Source of the DNA: Bacillus phage Kirov
Direction: 5' to 3' (one strand)
Sequence record: MW084976.1
DNA: 24,000 nucleotides
How positions within the stretch are numbered: the first letter of the stretch is position 1; each line of letters starts with the position of its first letter. Both the position numbers and the translations under genes were made by a program. Positions 1-7,353 of this stretch are shown here, piece by piece. Under the pieces are notes generated by a model, which ran no database searches, was not told where the DNA came from, and saw nothing but the letters and a program-made list of their open reading frames with translations.

Positions 1-121
1 AGATTTCATCCCAATCTAAACCTTTAACATGATTAAGACCATTCTCAATCTTTTTCAATCCGTCTTTAAGAATGTCGTGTGCTTCCCCTAAAATGTCAAC
101 CGCACTTCCATATAATTTCAT
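1..121 (-). CDS. Partial CDS running off the left edge, hypothetical protein (MKLYGSAVDILGEAHDILKDGLKKIENGLNHVKGLDWDEI...)
   Basis: ATG at 121 (minus) preceded by AAGGAGATGTTTAA; reading frame open to the window edge. Confidence 0.7.
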   Translation of the reverse strand, partial: MKLYGSAVDILGEAHDILKDGLKKIENGLNHVKGLDWDEI

Positions 122-133
122 TTAAACATCTCC

Positions 134-352
134 TTATTTATTAGATTTTTTCAAAGCCCTACGTTTTTTCCAACTGCTCCATTTATCATGAATGCTCTCA
201 TACCAACTTCTCACCACTAGTAATGGATAGAAGAATATGATTGGGATTGCATAATACAAAGCCAAGAATCCCCAAGGGTCTGTAAATAATATTCCTAAAA
301 ATAATGCTACACCTATCCCTAGATAAATGCCTATTCCTATTAACCAACTCAT
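134..352 (-). CDS. Small predicted membrane protein
   Basis: 72-aa ORF with two hydrophobic segments; AAAAGGAGG upstream of the start. Confidence 0.75.
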   Translation of the reverse strand: MSWLIGIGIYLGIGVALFLGILFTDPWGFLALYYAIPIIFFYPLLVVRSWYESIHDKWSSWKKRRALKKSNK

Positions 353-491
353 TTGCGTTCCTCCTTTTAATTGGATGACCTAACAGCGTACTACACTTGC
401 AATTGTTCGTGCTTGGGTTTTACCATATGTATATGATGCAGGGTTACTGGTTTGCCATCACGCCTACTCCAAACCCTTTTTCGGCAGAATA

Positions 492-734
492 TTATTCTGT
501 TGGTTTTGGCACTAGAGCATCAATACGTGCAATAACTTCTTGCCACTCTCTGATATCTCCATATGCAACTTCCATTTCCCATTCTAGCTGATTCATTTCT
601 TTTAATTTCTCTGCAATTTGTTGTTGATAATGTGTTACAAGCTCTTCATTATCTCGCTGTTTCTTGACTGCATAATCACGAAGACCGCCTTCTGCTTCTT
701 CTTTTAACTTCTCATCTGTCCAATCTTTAAACAT
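492..734 (-). CDS. Hypothetical protein, probably helical/coiled-coil
   Basis: 80-aa charged ORF with an AGGAG-type RBS upstream; collinear with neighbours. Confidence 0.75.
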   Translation of the reverse strand: MFKDWTDEKLKEEAEGGLRDYAVKKQRDNEELVTHYQQQIAEKLKEMNQLEWEMEVAYGDIREWQEVIARIDALVPKPTE

Positions 735-746
735 ATTAACACTCCT

Positions 747-1100
747 TTAGTATTCTACAACTCTTAGATTTAATCCTTCTCTCTTAGCTAAATCTATCAT
801 GTGCTTAGTTCCTTTACTTTTGCCATCCCAAAACGCTACACATGCATCTGCATACTTTGCCATTTCCCAATTGCGTACAAAGCCTGCTTTCTTACCAAGA
901 CCATCCCAATCTGGAATGAATCTTTTAATCTTGCAACCATGCTCTCTTGCAAATCTTTCTCCCAGAGAATCCGCACCTCTAGCTCCACCAGAAACGATTT
1001 CAACTTCTGTTAAATCGTATTTAGACAAAAGGTGGAGCAGTTTGAATTTCAACAATCTATAGCTGTCAAAGTCTCTGCTCCCTGCAATAATTACTTTCAA
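747..1100 (-). CDS. SLOG-superfamily (DUF2493-like) nucleotide-binding protein
   Basis: N-terminal MKVIIAGSRDFDSY and IVSGGARGADSLGERFARE match the conserved GSR-x-F and SGGArGaD motifs of phage DUF2493/SLOG proteins. Confidence 0.85.
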   Translation of the reverse strand: MKVIIAGSRDFDSYRLLKFKLLHLLSKYDLTEVEIVSGGARGADSLGERFAREHGCKIKRFIPDWDGLGKKAGFVRNWEMAKYADACVAFWDGKSKGTKHMIDLAKREGLNLRVVEY

Positions 1101-1516
1101 TCTATTACCTCAACATCATACATTTTTAAGTTCTCAAACAATGTATCCTTGTCGGCAGATTTGAATTTGATTTTTGCAGTTTCATATTTTTTCAAACTTT
1201 CTACTTCTTGCTGTACATTGTAAAGGTAGCTTCTATCATACTTGTTTTCATCTAGAAACTCATAGATATGATAGAATAAATTCTCTCCATCATTGCCTTG
1301 TGGGACATGTGATTCTAAGTATTTATCTGAAACATAATCAACCTCAATAGTTGCTTGCGTTTCAGAATGCTTACCATCTAATTCATATATGTAAGTAGTA
1401 AAGTTAAATGATTCTTTGATTTCCTCCCAAACCTCTACAGGTAAGAATACCTCTTCATAATATGTAGCTTCACTCCAATATGCTTCAACATCAATTGATA
1501 ACTGTACGTAACTCAT
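1097..1516 (-). CDS. Hypothetical phage protein
   Basis: 139-aa ORF overlapping the next gene by 4 bp. Confidence 0.75.
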   Translation of the reverse strand: MSYVQLSIDVEAYWSEATYYEEVFLPVEVWEEIKESFNFTTYIYELDGKHSETQATIEVDYVSDKYLESHVPQGNDGENLFYHIYEFLDENKYDRSYLYNVQQEVESLKKYETAKIKFKSADKDTLFENLKMYDVEVID

Positions 1517-1725
1517 TTAATCTTCTCCTTTTCATTGTCAATCCATTCAACATCTTCCCAAAACAATTTGTACCCACCTGCTGTATACTTTTGATATGCA
1601 ACTTGACGAATCTTTGCAGTCTCTAGCCAACGCCATTCATGATTTAATTTTTTAGGAAACCATAGAAATTCAGTTGCAATTCTAGTATCGCCATTAAATT
1701 TAGGCGTGCTTGATATCCATCTCAT
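1513..1725 (-). CDS. Hypothetical phage protein
   Basis: 70-aa ORF overlapping the next gene by 4 bp; AAGGAGTG upstream. Confidence 0.75.
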   Translation of the reverse strand: MRWISSTPKFNGDTRIATEFLWFPKKLNHEWRWLETAKIRQVAYQKYTAGGYKLFWEDVEWIDNEKEKIK

Positions 1726-1776
1726 GTTTTCACTCCTTGATAAAACCGCACTTTTATTTAGTTTAAAACACTATAT

Positions 1777-2280
1777 CTAGTTGTCGTCACGATACCAACG
1801 TACCATATTTAGTAGGTCAACCGATAATTCTGTTTCATTTGTAAGATATGTTCTCTCACCATCAAGCACATAGAAGATTCTCTCTCGCTTGTAGCGAAAT
1901 GCCTTCAATGCATCCTCAAACTTCATTGGATGAATGTTTTTAAAGAAGTTATCCAATCTTTCTTGATACGTATCAGAAGCAGAGAAGAAGTCTGCAAGAA
2001 TCTCTCTAGACTTTCTATAAGGAGTTTCCCAATCTTCACTATCATATTCCTCATAGACAACTGAATACTCTTCATCTCCTAATACAAAGCTAGTACCACC
2101 AGAAGCAAATGAATCATTTTCATACGCTCGGAATTGTTCTGCTGTGATATATCCTTTTCCTAAAGCCCAAAACATGAAGTTAAATTCATTTATGTAGCTA
2201 TTGAAGTAATCTACGAAATCCTCTCCTGCTTCTTGTTCCCATTCTAGAATCGCATCAAAAATCTCTTCTTTTGTTCTCAT
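1777..2280 (-). CDS. Hypothetical protein
   Basis: 167-aa ORF, RBS-like AGGAAG upstream, 1-bp stop/start overlap with the neighbour. Confidence 0.8.
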   Translation of the reverse strand: MRTKEEIFDAILEWEQEAGEDFVDYFNSYINEFNFMFWALGKGYITAEQFRAYENDSFASGGTSFVLGDEEYSVVYEEYDSEDWETPYRKSREILADFFSASDTYQERLDNFFKNIHPMKFEDALKAFRYKRERIFYVLDGERTYLTNETELSVDLLNMVRWYRDDN

Positions 2281-2645
2281 TATTCATCTTCCTCCAACAT
2301 TTGATATGCATCGCCATAACCTTCCCAATTATCTACTCCACAAGCTTCTAAACAGTTTAAAAACTCATCACGCTCTTCAAGATAATCAAGGTGGCTTTGT
2401 TTGATTGAAACGAATTTATCTTCTTCTTCTCGGTCTTTAAGATTATCATGCAATACTGTCCACTCATCACCATTGTAACTGGCAATATGCACATGACCTG
2501 CACCTTCATCCATATCCCAAGCTAGACAGCCATGTTGGTCAATTACTGCATATCCAACATCTCCATCGTCATATTTAATCTTAAACTTAGTTCCTTTTGG
2601 ATATAACCCTTCTTGGATTCCTTTAACGATTTCCCAACGTTTCAT
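2280..2645 (-). CDS. Hypothetical protein
   Basis: 121-aa ORF downstream of a consensus promoter (2666..2694) and AAGGGGGAAG RBS. Confidence 0.8.
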   Translation of the reverse strand: MKRWEIVKGIQEGLYPKGTKFKIKYDDGDVGYAVIDQHGCLAWDMDEGAGHVHIASYNGDEWTVLHDNLKDREEEDKFVSIKQSHLDYLEERDEFLNCLEACGVDNWEGYGDAYQMLEEDE

Positions 2646-2665
2646 TTAACTTCCCCCTTGGTTAT

Positions 2666-2694
2666 AATATATCATTATCTTTTACTTTTGTAAA
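2666..2694 (-). promoter_or_regulatory. Sigma-70/A-type promoter TTTACA-AAAGTAAAAGATAATGA-TATATT
   Basis: 17-bp spacer, TGA extended -10, conserved spacer; upstream of 2280..2645. Confidence 0.8.
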
Positions 2695-2696
2695 GC

Positions 2697-2972
2697 CTAA
2701 ATTTCTTCATAAATTGTTTCTGCAATTATTCTAGCTAATTCTGCATGTTTTTTCTCTGGTGTAAAGTCTTTTATAGCATCGAATAACTTTCTTGGAAGCT
2801 CCAACAATCTATGCATGTTAGCGTTCTCCATTTCCTCTTCAACAATCTCTAGTATTACGTCTGGGTCTGTAATTTCTTTGAATGGGATTGTAGTAAGTCC
2901 TTCAAGGTCGTCATATCTTGAATCAACAAAGTAGTAACCGCCTTCATACATTACCTGTACAATATGTTCCAT
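2697..2972 (-). CDS. Hypothetical protein
   Basis: 91-aa ORF with GGAG-type RBS. Confidence 0.75.
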   Translation of the reverse strand: MEHIVQVMYEGGYYFVDSRYDDLEGLTTIPFKEITDPDVILEIVEEEMENANMHRLLELPRKLFDAIKDFTPEKKHAELARIIAETIYEEI

Positions 2973-2991
2973 ATTATTTCGCTCCTTTGAA

Positions 2992-3201
2992 TTATACTTT
3001 TATAACTACTGGAAATGGAGGGTCTTCATCATAATCCCAGAATGTTGATGCAACTGCACGCTCAATCGTTTCCTTCATGTCATTTGCTTCTTCAAGTGTC
3101 TCAAACTTTGTTGCTTTGTCACTATCTTTTGTAAAGCTCCAACTCCAATATGTAGGGTTTAAGAAATAGTCTGAATAACCTTTTACTTTTAATGCGTACA
3201 A
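2992..3201 (-). CDS. Hypothetical protein
   Basis: 69-aa ORF, collinear, RBS GGAGTGAAG. Confidence 0.7.
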   Translation of the reverse strand: MYALKVKGYSDYFLNPTYWSWSFTKDSDKATKFETLEEANDMKETIERAVASTFWDYDEDPPFPVVIKV

Positions 3202-3474
3202 TTACTTCACTCCTTCAACAATATAGAAATTAGTATGTTTTGCAAAATCGTAATCAATAAAGTTCTCATGTAGATAAGTAATGAAATCGCCATCTACTTC
3301 ATCTTTAAATTCATAAATGCGTACTTCAATATAATATTCGCTACTGTCAAAGACTACTAAAGTATGACCATCTGCAATCATATTGTCGTAGACTTCCTGT
3401 GGATTAAAATGTTTCTCAAAATCTTGGGCAGAATAATCTCCACCAGATACGTGTAATAAGACTGTTTTATTCAT
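3202..3474 (-). CDS. Hypothetical protein
   Basis: 90-aa ORF, collinear, AGGAGGAAG RBS. Confidence 0.7.
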   Translation of the reverse strand: MNKTVLLHVSGGDYSAQDFEKHFNPQEVYDNMIADGHTLVVFDSSEYYIEVRIYEFKDEVDGDFITYLHENFIDYDFAKHTNFYIVEGVK

Positions 3475-3727
3475 ATTTAACTTCCTCCTTGACTACTTTA
3501 AACATAACAACCCTTTCGCCTTCATCAATGTTATGTAATGCATCATTATAATCTTTCTCTGCACTCGCAAATGTATCATGATAAATCATATCTCCCGAAT
3601 TATCATCATAGACCATCCACTTCTCATTCTGCTGTTTTTGAGCCTGAGGTGCAGGAGGTCTAGGACTTGTTGGCTTCTCATTGCGACCACCCTTACACAT
3701 TCCATGTTTTAAAGGTTCACTATGCAT
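3467..3727 (-). CDS. Hypothetical protein with Pro/Gln-rich N-terminus (start refined from 3736)
   Basis: The ORF track starts at a GTG directly abutting TAGGAG; the ATG at 3727 has AGGAG at proper spacing (AGGAGTGATTAATATG). Confidence 0.65.
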   Translation of the reverse strand: MHSEPLKHGMCKGGRNEKPTSPRPPAPQAQKQQNEKWMVYDDNSGDMIYHDTFASAEKDYNDALHNIDEGERVVMFKVVKEEVKYE

Positions 3728-3738
3728 ATTAATCACTC

Positions 3739-4296
3739 CTAGTTTTGGTTTTGGGAAATAATATTTATGATTATATTTCTTGTCGTTGCTTGTTGACCTC
3801 TAACGTTCTTAACAACATAATCATAATCATTTCTGTTTTTCATTTCGTCATCGTATAATGCAATTCGTGACAAAGCATTCTCAATTGAATCTCCACGAAG
3901 CAACATGTTCGCCATGCAATCTTCTTTACTCATATGTAAGAAAATTCCTACTGCCTTTGGAAACTTCTCTTTAACCTGTAAGTATCCTTCATGATTAACG
4001 ATTATATATACGTTTTCTGCTTTCGCTAAACGACCATTAATCTCTGCAACTGTGATTCCATAGCGATTACCATCATATTCAACATGCTCTGCAAATTCAT
4101 CGTTGTCTACCATTTTTTGAAAGGTTTCTTCGTTTCTGTAATAATACGTTCTACCATGACTCTCACCTTCACGCATCTTACGTGTTGTATCAGAAACACA
4201 CTCTAGTAACGCATGTTTCCCAAGATAGTTTTGCACAATCTCCATAATACTAGTTTTTCCTGCTCCACTTGGAGCTGTCACTAAAATTAATGCCAT
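3739..4296 (-). CDS. Guanylate kinase-like P-loop nucleotide kinase
   Basis: TAPSGAGKTS Walker A; VSDTTRKMREGESHGRTYYY and FAEHVEYDGNRYG match guanylate-kinase core motifs. Confidence 0.85.
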   Translation of the reverse strand: MALILVTAPSGAGKTSIMEIVQNYLGKHALLECVSDTTRKMREGESHGRTYYYRNEETFQKMVDNDEFAEHVEYDGNRYGITVAEINGRLAKAENVYIIVNHEGYLQVKEKFPKAVGIFLHMSKEDCMANMLLRGDSIENALSRIALYDDEMKNRNDYDYVVKNVRGQQATTRNIIINIISQNQN

Positions 4297-4475
4297 TATA
4301 TTCTACCTCCAATTAAAATATATGAATCTGCTAACGCCCAAGATAAGAAATAAATAATAAGTATTGACCATAATGTTGTAAGCCATCTGCCTTTGTCTCG
4401 GTCAATGTATAGCATGTAAGATGCTAATGCTAGGAATATGAGTTCCATAACTATTTTTGCAATCATGTTAATCAT
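4296..4475 (-). CDS. Small predicted membrane protein (59 aa, not in supplied track)
   Basis: MINMIAKIVMELIFLALASYMLYIDRDKGRWLTTLWSILIIYFLSWALADSYILIGGRI; overlaps neighbours by 3-8 bp at both ends; two hydrophobic segments. Confidence 0.7.
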   Translation of the reverse strand: MINMIAKIVMELIFLALASYMLYIDRDKGRWLTTLWSILIIYFLSWALADSYILIGGRI

Positions 4476-4734
4476 CCTTTTTACGTTGTAGTTTGTTTAA
4501 TAGTGGTTCAAGTAATATCGTCCATGTAGATACTCCAATGTCTAATAACCAGTACACCTTTCCAGAAAACTTAGCGTTCCAGAATGGCATCATTATCGTT
4601 TCTATTTTCATTCTTTCCTCATCCGTTATTTCTTTTCGCAAGTCGGATTCAAACATCTGTGACACCATGAATCCTGTAAGCAGGAAAATCATAAACGTCC
4701 AAGATAAGAATCCCATAACATACATGTATGCCAT
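4468..4734 (-). CDS. Small predicted membrane protein
   Basis: 88-aa ORF with a hydrophobic N-terminal segment and a second amphipathic/hydrophobic segment. Confidence 0.75.
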   Translation of the reverse strand: MAYMYVMGFLSWTFMIFLLTGFMVSQMFESDLRKEITDEERMKIETIMMPFWNAKFSGKVYWLLDIGVSTWTILLEPLLNKLQRKKDD

Positions 4735-4746
4735 TCTGTCACCTCC

Positions 4747-4995
4747 TTAGTGATGATGATGGTCGATTCCCAATGCCCAACCAGTTAGGATTGAGAAGAT
4801 ACCGAATACAAAGTTTTCTACTACAGGAGTCCAAGCACGAATGTCATAAGCACTGATATCAATCAATCCCCATGCTCCAATTCCTGCTACAATCAAGTGA
4901 ATGACTCCTTCCAGAGTATTCAACCATGATAGACTTTTCATTATGTACTTCCCTGTCTTAGTTTCAAGGAAGAAGTGTTTTAAATATTTCTTCAT
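4747..4995 (-). CDS. Small predicted membrane protein ending in DHHHH
   Basis: 82-aa ORF, TM-like segments, promoter at 5013..5041 and AGGTG RBS. Confidence 0.75.
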   Translation of the reverse strand: MKKYLKHFFLETKTGKYIMKSLSWLNTLEGVIHLIVAGIGAWGLIDISAYDIRAWTPVVENFVFGIFSILTGWALGIDHHHH

Positions 4996-5012
4996 TTCAT
5001 CACCTCATGTTT

Positions 5013-5041
5013 ATTATATAATTATCATTTGCTTTTGTCAA
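5013..5041 (-). promoter_or_regulatory. Promoter TTGACA-AAAGCAAATGATAATTA-TAATAT
   Basis: Same family; upstream of 4747..4995. Confidence 0.75.
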
Positions 5042-5531
5042 TAACATTTCCCTCAAATTTATACCATTTGAATAAAAACTTTTTCAGAGTGTAACAACGC
5101 TTGTAACCCCATGTCTCAAACGGCTTACTCACTCTTGTTGCTTTTATCTCTTGCAGTTTGCTAGGTTTTAGCACTGTAAATTCTGGACTTTCTGTTAACC
5201 ATCCATTGACCCATAATACACAAGCATCCTGTGCAAGATAACTTAATAACTGGTCTTTCTTGAATCTAAACTCATCGTCCATACTGTTATTAAACTTGAC
5301 TTCTATCGGCTTGCCATTGATTTTGAAATCAGCATTTGTATTAGCACTATCAACAACTTCACCGCTATTGTCTGTGCCGTTATCCTCAATGATAACTTCT
5401 ATGCCATGCTTGATACGTAGATGTTCTGCATACGCATCAATTATGATTCTCTCAATCTTATGTGATTCTTTTATATCCTTGGCAAACTCATCATCATTTC
5501 GCCAATCTTTTCTGTAATCATTATGTAGCAT
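5025..5531 (-). CDS. Candidate PD-(D/E)XK-like nuclease
   Basis: ADFKINGKPIEVKFNN (D-x8-E-V-K) with downstream F-x-F-KKDQLLSYL, compatible with a PD-(D/E)XK core. Confidence 0.5.
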   Translation of the reverse strand: MLHNDYRKDWRNDDEFAKDIKESHKIERIIIDAYAEHLRIKHGIEVIIEDNGTDNSGEVVDSANTNADFKINGKPIEVKFNNSMDDEFRFKKDQLLSYLAQDACVLWVNGWLTESPEFTVLKPSKLQEIKATRVSKPFETWGYKRCYTLKKFLFKWYKFEGNVIDKSK

Positions 5532-5540
5532 TTAAACACC

Positions 5541-5750
5541 TCAACGATTGCGTTTACGAGATTTCTTAGCCTGCTTACGCTTTGATTTGTCTTTTGCCTT
5601 TTGCTTACCACTCTTAGGCTTTGGCAGATTTAAAGACAGTTTGTTAAACGCTTCAATGTGTTTCATAACTTCCGCTTCTGTCATATTCTCTTCCAATGCA
5701 ACCTCTTTAACAATATCTTGCAACGTTTTTTCATTAAGTTCTTTTTCCAT
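5541..5750 (-). CDS. Small protein with highly basic C-terminal tail (paralog A; start refined from 5912)
   Basis: RBS TAGGAGTG before ATG at 5750 (MEKELNEK...); longer ORF upstream overlaps the neighbouring gene in another frame; tail KQKAKDKSKRKQAKKSRKRNR. Confidence 0.75.
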   Translation of the reverse strand: MEKELNEKTLQDIVKEVALEENMTEAEVMKHIEAFNKLSLNLPKPKSGKQKAKDKSKRKQAKKSRKRNR

Positions 5751-5760
5751 ATTAACACTC

Positions 5761-5967
5761 CTAACGATTTTTTCTTTTAGATTTTTTAGCCATTTTACGC
5801 TTGGACTTATCATTCGATTTCTGTTTATTTGTCTTTGGTGTTTCGAAAGACATGTTTCTAAGCATATCCATATATGTAGCAAGACCTTGTATTGCCTTGT
5901 TATCCATCGCATGTTTTACAATCATCTTAGGCGATTCCTCTTTTATACTTGCTCCCCATATTTTCAT
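5761..5967 (-). CDS. Small protein with highly basic C-terminal tail (paralog B)
   Basis: 68-aa ORF, RBS AGGAGTG, promoter at 5998..6026; tail KQKSNDKSKRKMAKKSKRKNR. Confidence 0.8.
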   Translation of the reverse strand: MKIWGASIKEESPKMIVKHAMDNKAIQGLATYMDMLRNMSFETPKTNKQKSNDKSKRKMAKKSKRKNR

Positions 5968-5997
5968 AGTAACACTCCTTTTGTTTGGTATACTATG

Positions 5998-6026
5998 ATT
6001 CTATCATTATCATTTACGCTTGTCAA
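5998..6026 (-). promoter_or_regulatory. Promoter TTGACA-AGCGTAAATGATAATGA-TAGAAT
   Basis: Same family; upstream of 5761..5967. Confidence 0.8.
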
Positions 6027-6066
6027 TAGGCAAAAAAGAAAGAAGAGAAAAAATTCTCTTCTTAAA

Positions 6067-6882
6067 TTATTTACCGCTTTGACCTAACTTAGTAGTTCCA
6101 CGCTCTGATTCAATTTTTTGTAATTCGTCAAACGGAATTTCCTTGACGATTGGTTCAACTACTAAGTCAATAGTTCCTTGTGCCACAGCTTTTGAGTATG
6201 GGTAAAGAATTACATTCTCTTGATACTCAATCGCATCTACCTCACTAGTAATTAACACATCTTTATGTAAAGGGGTAAGAGCTAGGAAAATCTCATCACG
6301 ATATCCAGAGTCAATCACGCCTGCTAAAACCGATACAGAAGGCTTTGCAGTTGACCCACGCTCATGCTTAGTGTTTAAGTAATGAGTTGTAGGTAATGCA
6401 GATGCTACACCTGTAGGCACTAAAGTTGTCTTGAATGCAGGTAAGTAGATTTCGAATACGTCCTCACCATCAACTTCTCTAGGTTCTACGCAAGCGTAGA
6501 AGTCCCAACCTGCATCTTCTTTACGCTTAGAAGGAATAATGCCTTCTGGTCGTACTTTCGCAAAGAATACTTCTGGATGCATAATAGTATTATACAACTC
6601 TTGTACTTTACGATGTAATTCAGCTACATCCATAATTTCTAATTGACCAGATGCAACTTTTCCTTTCTTAGCTTTTTCTGGATGTTCTTTGAAGAATTTG
6701 TCTTTCGCTTTGTATTTCAACTTGTCGATTTCCCACATCTTCACAGTTAACTCTTTATCTTCTACTTTGACTACTACTTCTAATTTTGCTCTGTCAATAG
6801 ACTGGATTTTGCCCTCTTTCTTCTCTGCAATAACCCATACTACTTCGTCTACCTTATAAAAACGCTTTGCTTTTTTCTCCAT
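6067..6882 (-). CDS. dut: dUTPase (trimeric type) with about 100-aa N-terminal extension
   Basis: Motifs DAGWDFYA, ERGSTAKPSVSVLAGVIDSGYRDEI, PYSKAVAQ, and C-terminal RGTTKLGQSGK. Confidence 0.92.
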   Translation of the reverse strand: MEKKAKRFYKVDEVVWVIAEKKEGKIQSIDRAKLEVVVKVEDKELTVKMWEIDKLKYKAKDKFFKEHPEKAKKGKVASGQLEIMDVAELHRKVQELYNTIMHPEVFFAKVRPEGIIPSKRKEDAGWDFYACVEPREVDGEDVFEIYLPAFKTTLVPTGVASALPTTHYLNTKHERGSTAKPSVSVLAGVIDSGYRDEIFLALTPLHKDVLITSEVDAIEYQENVILYPYSKAVAQGTIDLVVEPIVKEIPFDELQKIESERGTTKLGQSGK

Positions 6883-6920
6883 GTTTGATAACCCCTTTGG
6901 TTTATGTATTTTGTAATATT

Positions 6921-6949
6921 ATTATACTATTATTTTTTGTTTCTGTCAA
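6921..6949 (-). promoter_or_regulatory. Promoter TTGACA-GAAACAAAAAATAATAG-TATAAT
   Basis: Consensus hexamers, 17-bp spacer; upstream of dut. Confidence 0.88.
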
Positions 6950-6958
6950 ACGTATGTA

Positions 6959-7270
6959 TTACGAAATCTTGCCTGCTTCTTTAAGAATTTCAGCAAGTTT
7001 AGAAAGACCTGCACCGCTATACATAGTGATTGTCATTTCCTCAATTTCTTCTTTCGTCATTTTCTTTAAATCCTCTGCATCCACATCTTCACTTAATAGT
7101 AAGAATGTTGGAGCACTCATAATGCCTAACTTCTGGGCAATTTGAGGATTCATATTCATATTGATTTTCTCATCCTTAGAAAGCTCTACATCGAAATACT
7201 CCTTCAATGTTGCATCTGCATTTCGACAAGGTGCACAGTTTGATTTTTCTAATTTAAATAATTTTGCCAT
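6959..7270 (-). CDS. Thioredoxin-like protein
   Basis: Redox motif NCAPCRNA near the N-terminus and cis-Pro region MSAPTFLLL; located immediately downstream of nrdF. Confidence 0.88.
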   Translation of the reverse strand: MAKLFKLEKSNCAPCRNADATLKEYFDVELSKDEKINMNMNPQIAQKLGIMSAPTFLLLSEDVDAEDLKKMTKEEIEEMTITMYSGAGLSKLAEILKEAGKIS

Positions 7271-7321
7271 ATAATATCTCTCCTAGTTATGTAATAGGCA
7301 GGAGCTTAACCCTGCCTACTC

Positions 7322-7350
7322 ATTATATCATTATAATTTGTTTCTGTCAA
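7322..7350 (-). promoter_or_regulatory. Promoter TTGACA-GAAACAAATTATAATGA-TATAAT
   Basis: Consensus hexamers, 17-bp spacer; upstream of the thioredoxin-like gene. Confidence 0.88.
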
Positions 7351-7353
7351 ACA

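Noticed and set aside
364-490. tRNA gene in the 364-490 gap
   Set aside because: Neither strand shows a T-arm GTTCRANNC or consistent acceptor pairing by eye; tRNAscan-SE would be decisive.
397-591. Plus-strand 64-aa ORF
   Set aside because: Overlaps a well-supported minus-strand gene, has no convincing RBS, and all other genes are on the minus strand.
1770-1798. Candidate promoter TTGGTA-N17-TATAGT upstream of 1513..1725
   Set aside because: Hexamers are imperfect and the conserved family spacer is absent; could be chance within coding sequence.
5965-5997. 7-bp inverted repeat CATAGTA...TACTATG spanning the RBS/start of 5761..5967
   Set aside because: The upstream arm abuts the -10 element and would probably be only partly transcribed; too short to claim as an RNA switch.
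5548-6087. Plus-strand 179-aa ORF
   Set aside because: Antisense shadow of the AT-rich, Lys/Arg-tailed tandem genes; Phe/Leu/Ser/Cys-rich composition typical of a reverse-complement artefact; no RBS.
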